The notes under the pieces were generated by a model. The model saw only the letters and a list, made by a program, of their open reading frames with translations. It was not told the DNA's origin and made no database searches. Made by a program: the position numbers and the translations under genes. Of a stretch of 64,000 bases of DNA, positions 43,009 through 53,373 are shown one piece after another. Within the stretch, counting starts at the first letter, position 1. Each line of letters opens with the position of its first letter. Origin of the DNA: Escherichia coli (lineage in GTDB: Bacteria; Pseudomonadota; Gammaproteobacteria; Enterobacterales; Enterobacteriaceae); NCBI RefSeq assembly GCF_013122565.1, contig NZ_CP053258.1; one strand, given 5' to 3'.

Positions 43009-44610
43009 ATGTTTAATCGTATTCGAATTTCGACCACGCTGTTTTTAATTTTGATTCTCTGCGGGATCTTGCAGATTGGCAGTAACGGCATGTCTTTTTG
43101 GGCATTTCGCGACGATTTGCAACGACTGAATCAGGTCGAGCAGAGCAATCAGCAACGTGCGGCATTAGCGCAAACTCGGGCGGTAATGTTACAGGCCAGT
43201 ACCGCGCTGAACAAAGCGGGCACTCTGACGGCACTTAGCTATCCGGCGGATGACATTAAAACGTTGATGACGACGGCGCGCGCCAGTCTGACGCAATCCA
43301 CTACGCTGTTTAAAAGTTTTATGGCGATGACTGCGGGCAACGAGCACGTCAGGGCGTTGCAAAAAGAGACGGAGAAAAGTTTTGCCCGCTGGCACAACGA
43401 TCTCGAACATCAGGCGACCTGGCTTGAAAGTAATCAACTTTCGGATTTCCTCACTGCGCCGGTGCAGGAATCACAGAATGCGTTTGACGTTAACTTTGAG
43501 GCCTGGCAGCTGGAGATCAACCATGTGCTGGAAGCCGCCAGTGCGCAAAGCCAGCGTAACTATCAGATTTCGGCGCTGGTGTTTATCAGCATGATTATTG
43601 TTGCGGCGATCTACATCAGCAGTGCGCTGTGGTGGACGCGCAAGATGATTGTTCAACCACTGGCCATTATCGGTAGCCATTTTGACAGCATTGCTGCGGG
43701 TAATCTGGCGCGTCCGATTGCGGTATATGGTCGCAACGAGATCACCGCCATTTTTGCCAGCCTGAAGACCATGCAGCAGGCTTTGCGTGGGACGGTAAGT
43801 GATGTGCGTAAGGGAAGCCAGGAGATGCACATTGGTATCGCGGAGATTGTCGCAGGCAATAACGATCTCTCAAGTCGTACCGAACAGCAGGCGGCATCGC
43901 TGGCACAAACGGCCGCCAGTATGGAGCAATTAACCGCCACGGTAGGGCAAAACGCCGATAACGCACGACAGGCGTCGGAACTGGCAAAAAATGCCGCGAC
44001 AACGGCGCAGGCGGGCGGTGTTCAGGTCAGTACCATGACTCACACCATGCAGGAGATCGCCACCAGCTCGCAAAAAATTGGCGACATTATCAGCGTTATC
44101 GACGGAATTGCTTTCCAGACCAATATTCTGGCCCTGAATGCGGCAGTGGAAGCGGCTCGCGCCGGAGAGCAGGGGCGTGGTTTTGCGGTAGTGGCAGGTG
44201 AAGTGCGCAATCTTGCCAGCCGTAGCGCGCAGGCAGCAAAAGAGATCAAAGGGCTGATCGAAGAGTCAGTCAATCGTGTCCAGCAGGGTTCGAAACTGGT
44301 GAATAACGCCGCCGCGACCATGACCGATATTGTCAGTTCGGTGACCCGCGTGAACGACATTATGGGAGAAATTGCTTCGGCCTCGGAAGAACAACGGCGG
44401 GGGATTGAGCAGGTTGCGCAGGCTGTCAGCCAGATGGATCAGGTGACACAGCAGAACGCCTCCTTGGTAGAAGAAGCGGCGGTGGCAACGGAACAACTGG
44501 CGAATCAGGCCGACCATCTTTCGTCGCGTGTGGCGGTATTTACCCTTGAAGAACATGAAGTAGCACGACATGAGTCGGCGCAGTTACAAATTGCGCCAGT
44601 GGTATCCTGA
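43009..44610 (+). CDS. tap: Methyl-accepting chemotaxis protein IV, Tap (dipeptide/pyrimidine)
   Basis: ORF 43006..44610; ATG at 43009 gives MFNRIRISTTLFLILILCGILQ..., 533 aa; lacks the NWETF tail, as expected for Tap. Confidence 0.92.
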   Translation: MFNRIRISTTLFLILILCGILQIGSNGMSFWAFRDDLQRLNQVEQSNQQRAALAQTRAVMLQASTALNKAGTLTALSYPADDIKTLMTTARASLTQSTTLFKSFMAMTAGNEHVRALQKETEKSFARWHNDLEHQATWLESNQLSDFLTAPVQESQNAFDVNFEAWQLEINHVLEAASAQSQRNYQISALVFISMIIVAAIYISSALWWTRKMIVQPLAIIGSHFDSIAAGNLARPIAVYGRNEITAIFASLKTMQQALRGTVSDVRKGSQEMHIGIAEIVAGNNDLSSRTEQQAASLAQTAASMEQLTATVGQNADNARQASELAKNAATTAQAGGVQVSTMTHTMQEIATSSQKIGDIISVIDGIAFQTNILALNAAVEAARAGEQGRGFAVVAGEVRNLASRSAQAAKEIKGLIEESVNRVQQGSKLVNNAAATMTDIVSSVTRVNDIMGEIASASEEQRRGIEQVAQAVSQMDQVTQQNASLVEEAAVATEQLANQADHLSSRVAVFTLEEHEVARHESAQLQIAPVVS

Positions 44611-44628
44611 AGTGATTGAGAAGGCGCT

Positions 44629-45489
44629 ATGACTTCATCTCTGCCCTGTGGGCAAACGTCTTTATTGTTACAGATGACCGAGCGCCTGGCGCTTTCCGAC
44701 GCGCATTTTCGGCGGATAAGTCAATTGATCTATCAACGAGCCGGGATCGTCCTTGCCGACCATAAACGCGACATGGTTTACAACCGACTGGTTCGTCGTT
44801 TGCGTTCGCTGGGACTGACGGATTTCGGTCATTATCTGAACTTGCTGGAATCTAATCAGCACAGCGGTGAGTGGCAGGCGTTTATCAATTCGCTGACCAC
44901 GAATCTGACGGCATTTTTCCGTGAGGCACACCATTTCCCTCTGCTCGCGGATCATGCACGTCGCCGTTCTGGCGAGTATCGCGTATGGAGCGCGGCGGCT
45001 TCAACCGGCGAAGAGCCATACAGCATTGCGATGACGCTGGCTGACACATTGGGCACCGCGCCCGGACGCTGGAAAGTGTTTGCCAGCGATATCGACACCG
45101 AAGTGCTGGAAAAAGCCAGAAGCGGTATTTATCGCCATGAAGAGTTGAAAAACCTGACGCCGCAGCAACTGCAACGGTATTTCATGCGAGGGACGGGACC
45201 GCATGAAGGGCTGGTACGCGTGCGTCAGGAGCTGGGGAACTATGTTGATTTTGCCCCGCTGAATTTACTGGCGAAACAGTACACCGTGCCGGGGCCGTTT
45301 GATGCGATCTTCTGTCGTAACGTCATGATCTACTTCGATCAAACTACTCAGCAGGAGATTTTGCGCCGCTTTGTTCCGCTCCTTAAACCCGACGGATTGC
45401 TGTTTGCGGGTCACTCTGAAAACTTTAGCCACCTTGAGCGCCGCTTCACGCTGCGTGGTCAGACGGTGTATGCGCTAAGTAAGGATTAA
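44629..45489 (+). CDS. cheR: Chemotaxis methyltransferase CheR
   Basis: ORF 44629..45489, 286 aa, [32 protein letters not shown]... Confidence 0.95.
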
Positions 45490-45491
45490 CG

Positions 45492-46945
<1,454 letters not shown>

Positions 46946-46955
46946 GGATGCGACT

Positions 46956-47600
46956 ATGATGCAACCATCAATCAAACCTGCTGACGAGCATTCAGCTGGC
47001 GATATCATTGCGCGCATCGGTAGCCTGACGCGTATGCTGCGCGACAGTTTGCGGGAACTGGGACTGGATCAGGCCATTGCCGAAGCGGCGGAAGCCATCC
47101 CCGATGCGCGCGATCGTTTGTACTATGTTGTGCAGATGACCGCCCAGGCTGCGGAGCGGGCGCTGAACAGTGTTGAGGCGTCACAACCGCATCAGGATCA
47201 AATGGAGAAATCAGCAAAAGCGTTAACCCAACGTTGGGATGACTGGTTTGCCGATCCGATTGACCTTGCCGACGCCCGTGAACTGGTAACAGATACGCGG
47301 CAATTTCTGGCAGATGTACCCGGACATACCAGCTTTACTAACGCGCAACTGCTGGAAATCATGATGGCACAGGATTTTCAGGATCTCACCGGGCAGGTTA
47401 TTAAGCGGATGATGGATGTCATTCAGGAGATCGAACGTCAGTTGCTGATGGTGTTGTTGGAAAACATCCCGGAACAGGAGTCGCGTCCAAAACGTGAAAA
47501 CCAGAGTTTGCTTAATGGACCTCAGGTCGATACCAGCAAAGCTGGTGTGGTAGCCAGTCAGGATCAGGTGGACGATTTGTTGGATAGTCTTGGATTTTGA
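46956..47600 (+). CDS. cheZ: CheY-P phosphatase CheZ
   Basis: ORF 46926..47600 trimmed to [24 protein letters not shown]... at 46956, 214 aa. Confidence 0.92.
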   Translation: MMQPSIKPADEHSAGDIIARIGSLTRMLRDSLRELGLDQAIAEAAEAIPDARDRLYYVVQMTAQAAERALNSVEASQPHQDQMEKSAKALTQRWDDWFADPIDLADARELVTDTRQFLADVPGHTSFTNAQLLEIMMAQDFQDLTGQVIKRMMDVIQEIERQLLMVLLENIPEQESRPKRENQSLLNGPQVDTSKAGVVASQDQVDDLLDSLGF

Positions 47601-47618
47601 TTTGTATTGCCTGAACTT

Positions 47619-47643
47619 CGGCCTGCGCGATGATGCCAGGCCG
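47619..47643. terminator. Hairpin between convergent cheZ and the inserted nucleotidyltransferase gene
   Basis: Inverted repeat cggcctg...caggccg 19 nt after the cheZ stop; no strong T-run, so weak. Confidence 0.35.
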
Positions 47644-47687
47644 ATAGCAGGGTGGCGAGTATCGTTCAGGGAGTACGTGGAGGATGG

Positions 47688-48440
47688 TTATTTGTAGTTT
47701 GATAATTTTAGATCAGCGAAGCGTGTTTGTTGCGCCAGTAAATTTATCAACGCATTAAATTGTGAACGAGAAAATGACGATGACTGGTAGTGCAGTACAT
47801 CGTAATGATGCCAAACTTCATAACGTTTTTTCGTCAGTTCATGGTGCAAGAAATGACAGAGTTCCGGACCTAAACTCTTTACCTGCTTAGTAAAAATAGT
47901 GCGTAAAATCTTCGTTACCGAACCGCTTGGATTGGGGTTAGTATGAAGAACAAGTTCAAGATGTCTGCGATTTAAGTCGGTCAAATAATTATCTTTACTG
48001 ATAATTTTTTCACTACGTAGATCATAGAGCACGGCATCCCAACTCATTAGCGTAGTGTTTAACAGACTTGATTCATCCTCACAAAATATAAGTTTTTCCC
48101 GAAATGCCCATGTCTCATTGAGGTTCCAGATATCAAATTCGAAGTCGTGATAACGAAAACGGATCCCACCGAACTTATTAAAACGCAGTTGTTTAACGGG
48201 CAATTCAGCCAATGTCCGGAAGAGTTCCTCACGGGAGCGACCGATGACGATATCAAGGTCTGAAGAAAATCCTTCGACGCCAAACAAGCCTAAGTCACGC
48301 ACCATCCCGCCAAAAATCCAGGCCGGACAGGAACAGGCCAGAGTATCAAGTAATACTCTGGCTTTCTTATGCTCATCACTAAGCGTAAAAAAATCGGCGA
48401 TACGCTGTTCAAGCTGTTGGGTGTTTGAGACCACATTCAT
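47688..48440 (-). CDS. Pol-beta-superfamily nucleotidyltransferase (CCA/MNT/SMODS-like fold), function unknown; downstream gene of inserted operon
   Basis: ORF 47688..48440, 250 aa; nucleotidyltransferase signature ...AWIFGGMVRDLGLFGVEGFSSDLDIVIG... (hG[GS]-x9-13-DhDh) with a third acidic residue in ...HDFEFDIWNL...; start overlaps upstream gene by 32 nt; no equivalent gene between cheZ and flhB in K-12 as I recall; AT-rich. Confidence 0.7.
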   Translation of the reverse strand: MNVVSNTQQLEQRIADFFTLSDEHKKARVLLDTLACSCPAWIFGGMVRDLGLFGVEGFSSDLDIVIGRSREELFRTLAELPVKQLRFNKFGGIRFRYHDFEFDIWNLNETWAFREKLIFCEDESSLLNTTLMSWDAVLYDLRSEKIISKDNYLTDLNRRHLELVLHTNPNPSGSVTKILRTIFTKQVKSLGPELCHFLHHELTKKRYEVWHHYDVLHYQSSSFSRSQFNALINLLAQQTRFADLKLSNYK

Positions 48441-49917
48441 ACAGTGATTTTAGCTCATCGTGAAGGCGCATTAAATAACTATCCGTCATGCCTGAGATTG
48501 CGTCGGTAAGCAACTGCGCTTCTTTATAAAGAATAGGGAGTGTATTGGCGGGATCTTCAAACACACGGCGATAATTTTCAGAGATTGTCCCGTAAGCATA
48601 GCGACCAAAGGGAGTATCCGATAGGTATTCTTCACGAGAAACAAAAAGGTTATCTGCAGACGCGGACTCGCGTTCTCCGTCTCGTTCTTTCTTTGTTTTG
48701 TGTCCATGGATGCCAATCCAGAGCATATCCATCAAGTTAGTAATGTAATTAGACCCCCTAAGTTCCAGTTGCAAGACTGAACGATGAAGGTAGCCTCGTG
48801 TTCGGTCGAACATTTTCAGGGCAGTGCAGAGAGCGTGACCTTTGCTTTGCGAGATTAAATCTTTGAACGGGCAGTCACGCTGCATCAGCGTGGGTAATTG
48901 TTCGCGAAAGGCTTCAACTACGGCATTAATCAATGCACTGGTGGCATACACTCTGAACATTTGCATACTGAGTTCATTAATTTCTGCCGGTGAAAGTGCA
49001 TTTCTTTGCTCTTTCCAGGCGTCATTTTTGGCCTCTACAGCTTTAATAACATTTTCAATTACATCGTTCGACTCGGATTGTGACATCAAAAAATCACGCA
49101 AATCCTGGTATGAGGCAAATCCTTTCTTGATGGTATCTTCTGCGTCAAGCACAGAGTAGGCAATATCGTCGCAAGCTTCCATTATCCAGGTAAATGGGTG
49201 GCGGCAACCGGCATCATTACCTGGTACGCCAAGGCCCGTTTGCTGCCAGACATCCATGACAACCTCATGCTCAGAATAGAAAAAACCGTGTTTTTTCCAA
49301 TGTTTGTCCGATGAATATGAAGCTCGGGGATATTTGATCAGTGCAGCCAGCGTGGCATAGGTCAGATTCAGACCAAAGTTATCGTTAATAATTTGTAATT
49401 TGGTAACCAGGCGCAGGGTTTGTGAGTTTCCATCAAATTGCAGAAAGTCGTTATATATTTCGCTGTTTACTTCTTTATCAAGAAGGCCTGGAAGATTTTT
49501 ATTAAACCATGCGCGCATCGCTGCTTCACCTTGATGCCCAAATGGTGGATTACCGAGATCGTGTGCCAGTCCGATCGCTGCTAACAGAGCAGGAACGTCG
49601 CGTTCAACGACAATCCCCGTGGGTATTTCGCCAAAGATGTGTTCCTTCATCTCGAAAGCGAGCCTCATTCCTATTCCGCGAGCAAAGTTTGCTACTTCGT
49701 GAGAATGAGTCAGCCTCGTCCGTATACTGTCATTTTGATCTAACGGGAAAACTTGTGTTTTATCCGCCAGCCGACGAGTTGGCGCAGCAAAAAGTAATCG
49801 GTCGTAATCCCGCTCGATCTCTTGTCTTCCGCGAGCAAGGGGATGTAAAAATTCTATGCTGGTTTTTTTTAGATTATCTTTTCGACGGTTGCAGTTAAGC
49901 AATTGTTGCCATTCCAT
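48409..49917 (-). CDS. Dgt-family dNTP (dGTP) triphosphohydrolase paralogue (HD domain); upstream gene of inserted operon
   Basis: ORF 48409..49917, 502 aa; Dgt hallmark motifs: DKTQVFPLDQNDSIRTRLTHSHEV (HD histidine), GLAHDLGNPPFGHQGE (HD aspartate), FDGNSQTLRLV, HPFTWIMEACDDIAYSVLDAEDTIKKG, LTDAISGMTDSYL; RBS aagg 7-8 nt before ATG; AT-rich. Confidence 0.82.
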   Translation of the reverse strand: MEWQQLLNCNRRKDNLKKTSIEFLHPLARGRQEIERDYDRLLFAAPTRRLADKTQVFPLDQNDSIRTRLTHSHEVANFARGIGMRLAFEMKEHIFGEIPTGIVVERDVPALLAAIGLAHDLGNPPFGHQGEAAMRAWFNKNLPGLLDKEVNSEIYNDFLQFDGNSQTLRLVTKLQIINDNFGLNLTYATLAALIKYPRASYSSDKHWKKHGFFYSEHEVVMDVWQQTGLGVPGNDAGCRHPFTWIMEACDDIAYSVLDAEDTIKKGFASYQDLRDFLMSQSESNDVIENVIKAVEAKNDAWKEQRNALSPAEINELSMQMFRVYATSALINAVVEAFREQLPTLMQRDCPFKDLISQSKGHALCTALKMFDRTRGYLHRSVLQLELRGSNYITNLMDMLWIGIHGHKTKKERDGERESASADNLFVSREEYLSDTPFGRYAYGTISENYRRVFEDPANTLPILYKEAQLLTDAISGMTDSYLMRLHDELKSLYECGLKHPTA

Positions 49918-50153
49918 TTGATCGCCTTTGTAATAATTTAATTATTAGCAAACTAACAGAGAGACGGTGGGCGATTCTATAGGCTAAATGGCTAAATATC
50001 AGAACTGGAAAATGGTTCGCAAAACGTTCTGCAACTGAACCTATTTTTTGCATAAACGTCCTAAATCCCGCCTGTTTTGCCCCTTACTCAAACCATTGAA
50101 CGCTTTGCGCTCTGGCATCATTTACGCTTAATACTCTTTCCAGGATTGGCGAC

Positions 50154-51302
50154 GTGTCTGACGAGAGCGACGACAAAACAGAAGCCCCCACACCTCACCG
50201 ACTAGAAAAAGCGCGGGAAGAGGGGCAAATCCCGCGTTCCCGTGAACTGACCTCGCTGCTGATTTTGCTGGTGGGCGTGTGTGTTATCTGGTTTGGCGGT
50301 GTGTCGCTGGCCCGTAGATTGTCGGGCATGCTCTCCGCTGGGCTGCATTTTGATCACAGTATTATCAATGACCCGAATCTGATCCTCGGGCAAATTATTC
50401 TGCTGATCAGAGAAGCCATGCTGGCGCTGCTGCCGCTGATTAGCGGCGTGGTGCTGGTGGCGCTCATTTCTCCGGTCATGCTGGGAGGGCTGGTATTTAG
50501 CGGAAAATCCTTGCAGCCGAAGTTTTCCAAACTCAACCCGCTACCGGGCATAAAACGGATGTTCTCGGCACAGACTGGCGCGGAGTTGCTTAAAGCAATT
50601 TTGAAAACCATCCTGGTTGGCAGCGTGACGGGGTTTTTTCTCTGGCATCACTGGCCGCAGATGATGCGCTTAATGGCCGAGTCTCCGATTACCGCCATGG
50701 GTAATGCGATGGATTTGGTAGGGCTATGCGCACTGCTGGTGGTGCTTGGTGTCATTCCAATGGTGGGATTTGACGTCTTTTTCCAAATCTTCAGCCACCT
50801 GAAAAAGCTGCGAATGTCGCGGCAGGATATTCGTGATGAGTTCAAACAAAGCGAAGGCGACCCCCATGTTAAAGGACGGATCCGTCAGATGCAGCGAGCT
50901 GCCGCACGGCGTCGGATGATGGCCGATGTGCCGAAAGCGGATGTCATTGTCAATAACCCGACCCACTATTCGGTAGCGTTGCAGTATGACGAAAACAAAA
51001 TGAGCGCACCGAAAGTGGTCGCTAAAGGTGCAGGGCTGGTCGCGCTGCGCATTCGTGAAATTGGCGCTGAAAATAACGTCCCGACGCTTGAAGCGCCGCC
51101 GCTGGCGCGAGCGCTGTATCGACATGCGGAGATTGGTCAACAAATCCCGGGTCAACTGTACGCCGCGGTGGCGGAAGTGCTGGCCTGGGTCTGGCAACTG
51201 AAACGCTGGCGTCTGGCTGGTGGACAGCGTCCTGTACAACCTACTCATCTTCCGGTGCCGGAAGCCCTGGATTTTATTAACGAGAAACCGACCCATGAGT
51301 AA
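50154..51302 (+). CDS. flhB: Flagellar type III export apparatus protein FlhB
   Basis: ORF 50154..51302 (GTG start), 382 aa, ..SDESDDKTEAPTPHRLEKAREEGQIPRSREL...; NPTH autocleavage motif present (VIVNNPTHYSVAL). Confidence 0.92.
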   Translation: MSDESDDKTEAPTPHRLEKAREEGQIPRSRELTSLLILLVGVCVIWFGGVSLARRLSGMLSAGLHFDHSIINDPNLILGQIILLIREAMLALLPLISGVVLVALISPVMLGGLVFSGKSLQPKFSKLNPLPGIKRMFSAQTGAELLKAILKTILVGSVTGFFLWHHWPQMMRLMAESPITAMGNAMDLVGLCALLVVLGVIPMVGFDVFFQIFSHLKKLRMSRQDIRDEFKQSEGDPHVKGRIRQMQRAAARRRMMADVPKADVIVNNPTHYSVALQYDENKMSAPKVVAKGAGLVALRIREIGAENNVPTLEAPPLARALYRHAEIGQQIPGQLYAAVAEVLAWVWQLKRWRLAGGQRPVQPTHLPVPEALDFINEKPTHE

Positions 51303-53373
51303 TCTGGCCGCGATGCTGCGCCTGCCCGCAAACCTGAAATCGACACAATGGCAGATCCTTGCCGGACCGATTTTGATCCTGTTGATCTTGTCGATGATGG
51401 TGCTGCCACTGCCCGCATTCATACTCGACCTGCTGTTTACCTTCAATATTGCCTTGTCGATCATGGTGTTGCTGGTGGCGATGTTTACCCAGCGCACGCT
51501 TGAGTTTGCTGCGTTTCCGACCATTCTGTTGTTTACCACGCTGTTGCGTCTGGCACTTAACGTGGCTTCAACCCGTATCATTTTGATGGAAGGGCATACC
51601 GGCGCGGCGGCGGCAGGGAAGGTGGTCGAAGCGTTCGGTCACTTCCTCGTTGGTGGCAATTTCGCTATCGGTATCGTGGTGTTCGTCATTCTCGTGATCA
51701 TCAACTTTATGGTCATTACCAAAGGTGCCGGGCGTATCGCAGAAGTGGGTGCGCGTTTTGTTCTCGATGGTATGCCGGGTAAGCAGATGGCGATTGACGC
51801 CGACCTTAACGCCGGATTGATTGGTGAAGATGAGGCGAAAAAACGCCGCTCCGAAGTGACTCAGGAAGCCGATTTTTACGGCTCAATGGACGGGGCAAGT
51901 AAGTTTGTCCGCGGCGATGCCATCGCCGGGATCCTCATCATGGTCATTAACGTTGTCGGCGGGTTGCTGGTCGGTGTGCTGCAACATGGCATGAGCATGG
52001 GACACGCGGCGGAAAGTTATACGCTCTTGACCATTGGCGACGGTCTGGTGGCACAAATCCCGGCGCTGGTGATTTCTACCGCCGCGGGGGTCATTGTTAC
52101 GCGTGTCAGCACCGATCAGGATGTTGGCGAGCAGATGGTGAATCAGCTTTTCAGTAACCCAAGCGTTATGTTGTTAAGCGCTGCCGTGCTCGGTTTACTC
52201 GGCCTGGTGCCTGGAATGCCGAACCTGGTATTTTTGCTGTTCACTGCCGGATTGCTCGGGCTGGCCTGGTGGATCCGTGGACGCGAACAAAAAGCGCCTG
52301 CCGAACCAAAACCGGTAAAAATGGCAGAGAATAATGCCGTTGTCGAAGCGACGTGGAACGATGTACAACTGGAAGATTCTCTGGGAATGGAAGTGGGTTA
52401 TCGACTGATCCCGATGGTCGATTTCCAGCAGGATGGTGAGTTGTTGGGCCGTATACGCAGTATCCGCAAGAAATTTGCCCAGGAGATGGGATTTCTGCCG
52501 CCAGTGGTGCACATTCGCGACAATATGGATCTGCAACCTGCCCGCTATCGCATTTTGATGAAAGGCGTGGAGATAGGCAGTGGTGATGCTTATCCGGGGC
52601 GCTGGCTGGCGATTAACCCTGGTACCGCTGCCGGGACGTTACCTGGTGAGGCGACCGTCGATCCGGCATTTGGCCTGAATGCTATCTGGATTGAAAGTGC
52701 GCTAAAAGAACAGGCGCAGATTCAGGGGTACACAGTGGTTGAGGCCAGCACGGTGGTAGCAACGCATCTTAACCACCTCATTAGCCAGCATGCCGCAGAG
52801 CTGTTTGGTCGTCAGGAGGCGCAACAGCTGTTGGATCGCGTCGCCCAGGAGATGCCAAAGCTGACGGAAGATCTCGTTCCTGGCGTCGTCACGCTCACCA
52901 CACTGCATAAAGTGCTGCAAAATCTCCTCGATGAAAAAGTACCGATTCGCGATATGCGCACCATTCTCGAAACGCTGGCGGAACATGCGCCCATCCAAAG
53001 CGATCCACATGAATTAACCGCCGTCGTGCGCGTGGCGTTGGGACGGGCGATTACCCAGCAGTGGTTTCCTGGCAAAGATGAAGTCCATGTTATTGGCCTC
53101 GATACACCGCTGGAACGTTTGTTACTACAGGCGCTGCAGGGCGGGGGCGGACTGGAGCCAGGGTTGGCGGATCGTTTACTGGCGCAAACTCAGGAAGCGC
53201 TATCCCGTCAGGAGATGTTGGGTGCGCCGCCAGTATTGTTGGTGAACCACGCGCTACGACCATTATTGTCTCGCTTTCTGCGCCGCAGCTTGCCGCAGTT
53301 AGTGGTGCTGTCGAATCTGGAACTATCAGATAACCGACATATCCGTATGACGGCGACGATTGGCGGCAAATAA
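51295..53373 (+). CDS. flhA: Flagellar type III export apparatus protein FlhA
   Basis: ORF 51220..53373 trimmed to MSNLAAMLRLPANLKSTQWQILAGP... at 51295, 692 aa; overlaps flhB stop. Confidence 0.92.
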   Translation: MSNLAAMLRLPANLKSTQWQILAGPILILLILSMMVLPLPAFILDLLFTFNIALSIMVLLVAMFTQRTLEFAAFPTILLFTTLLRLALNVASTRIILMEGHTGAAAAGKVVEAFGHFLVGGNFAIGIVVFVILVIINFMVITKGAGRIAEVGARFVLDGMPGKQMAIDADLNAGLIGEDEAKKRRSEVTQEADFYGSMDGASKFVRGDAIAGILIMVINVVGGLLVGVLQHGMSMGHAAESYTLLTIGDGLVAQIPALVISTAAGVIVTRVSTDQDVGEQMVNQLFSNPSVMLLSAAVLGLLGLVPGMPNLVFLLFTAGLLGLAWWIRGREQKAPAEPKPVKMAENNAVVEATWNDVQLEDSLGMEVGYRLIPMVDFQQDGELLGRIRSIRKKFAQEMGFLPPVVHIRDNMDLQPARYRILMKGVEIGSGDAYPGRWLAINPGTAAGTLPGEATVDPAFGLNAIWIESALKEQAQIQGYTVVEASTVVATHLNHLISQHAAELFGRQEAQQLLDRVAQEMPKLTEDLVPGVVTLTTLHKVLQNLLDEKVPIRDMRTILETLAEHAPIQSDPHELTAVVRVALGRAITQQWFPGKDEVHVIGLDTPLERLLLQALQGGGGLEPGLADRLLAQTQEALSRQEMLGAPPVLLVNHALRPLLSRFLRRSLPQLVVLSNLELSDNRHIRMTATIGGK

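Noticed and set aside
42150-44500. Long near-repeated stretches between tar and tap (e.g. shared gacattatcagcgttatcgacgg)
   Set aside because: These are the paralogous, highly conserved signalling domains of two tandem methyl-accepting chemotaxis protein genes, not a mobile repeat or CRISPR array.
47688-48440. Nucleotidyltransferase as a CBASS cGAS/DncV-like cyclase
   Set aside because: At 250 aa it is shorter than typical CD-NTases, it has a GG rather than GS motif, and there is no adjacent Cap effector or E1/E2/JAB genes; a generic Pol-beta nucleotidyltransferase call is all the sequence supports.
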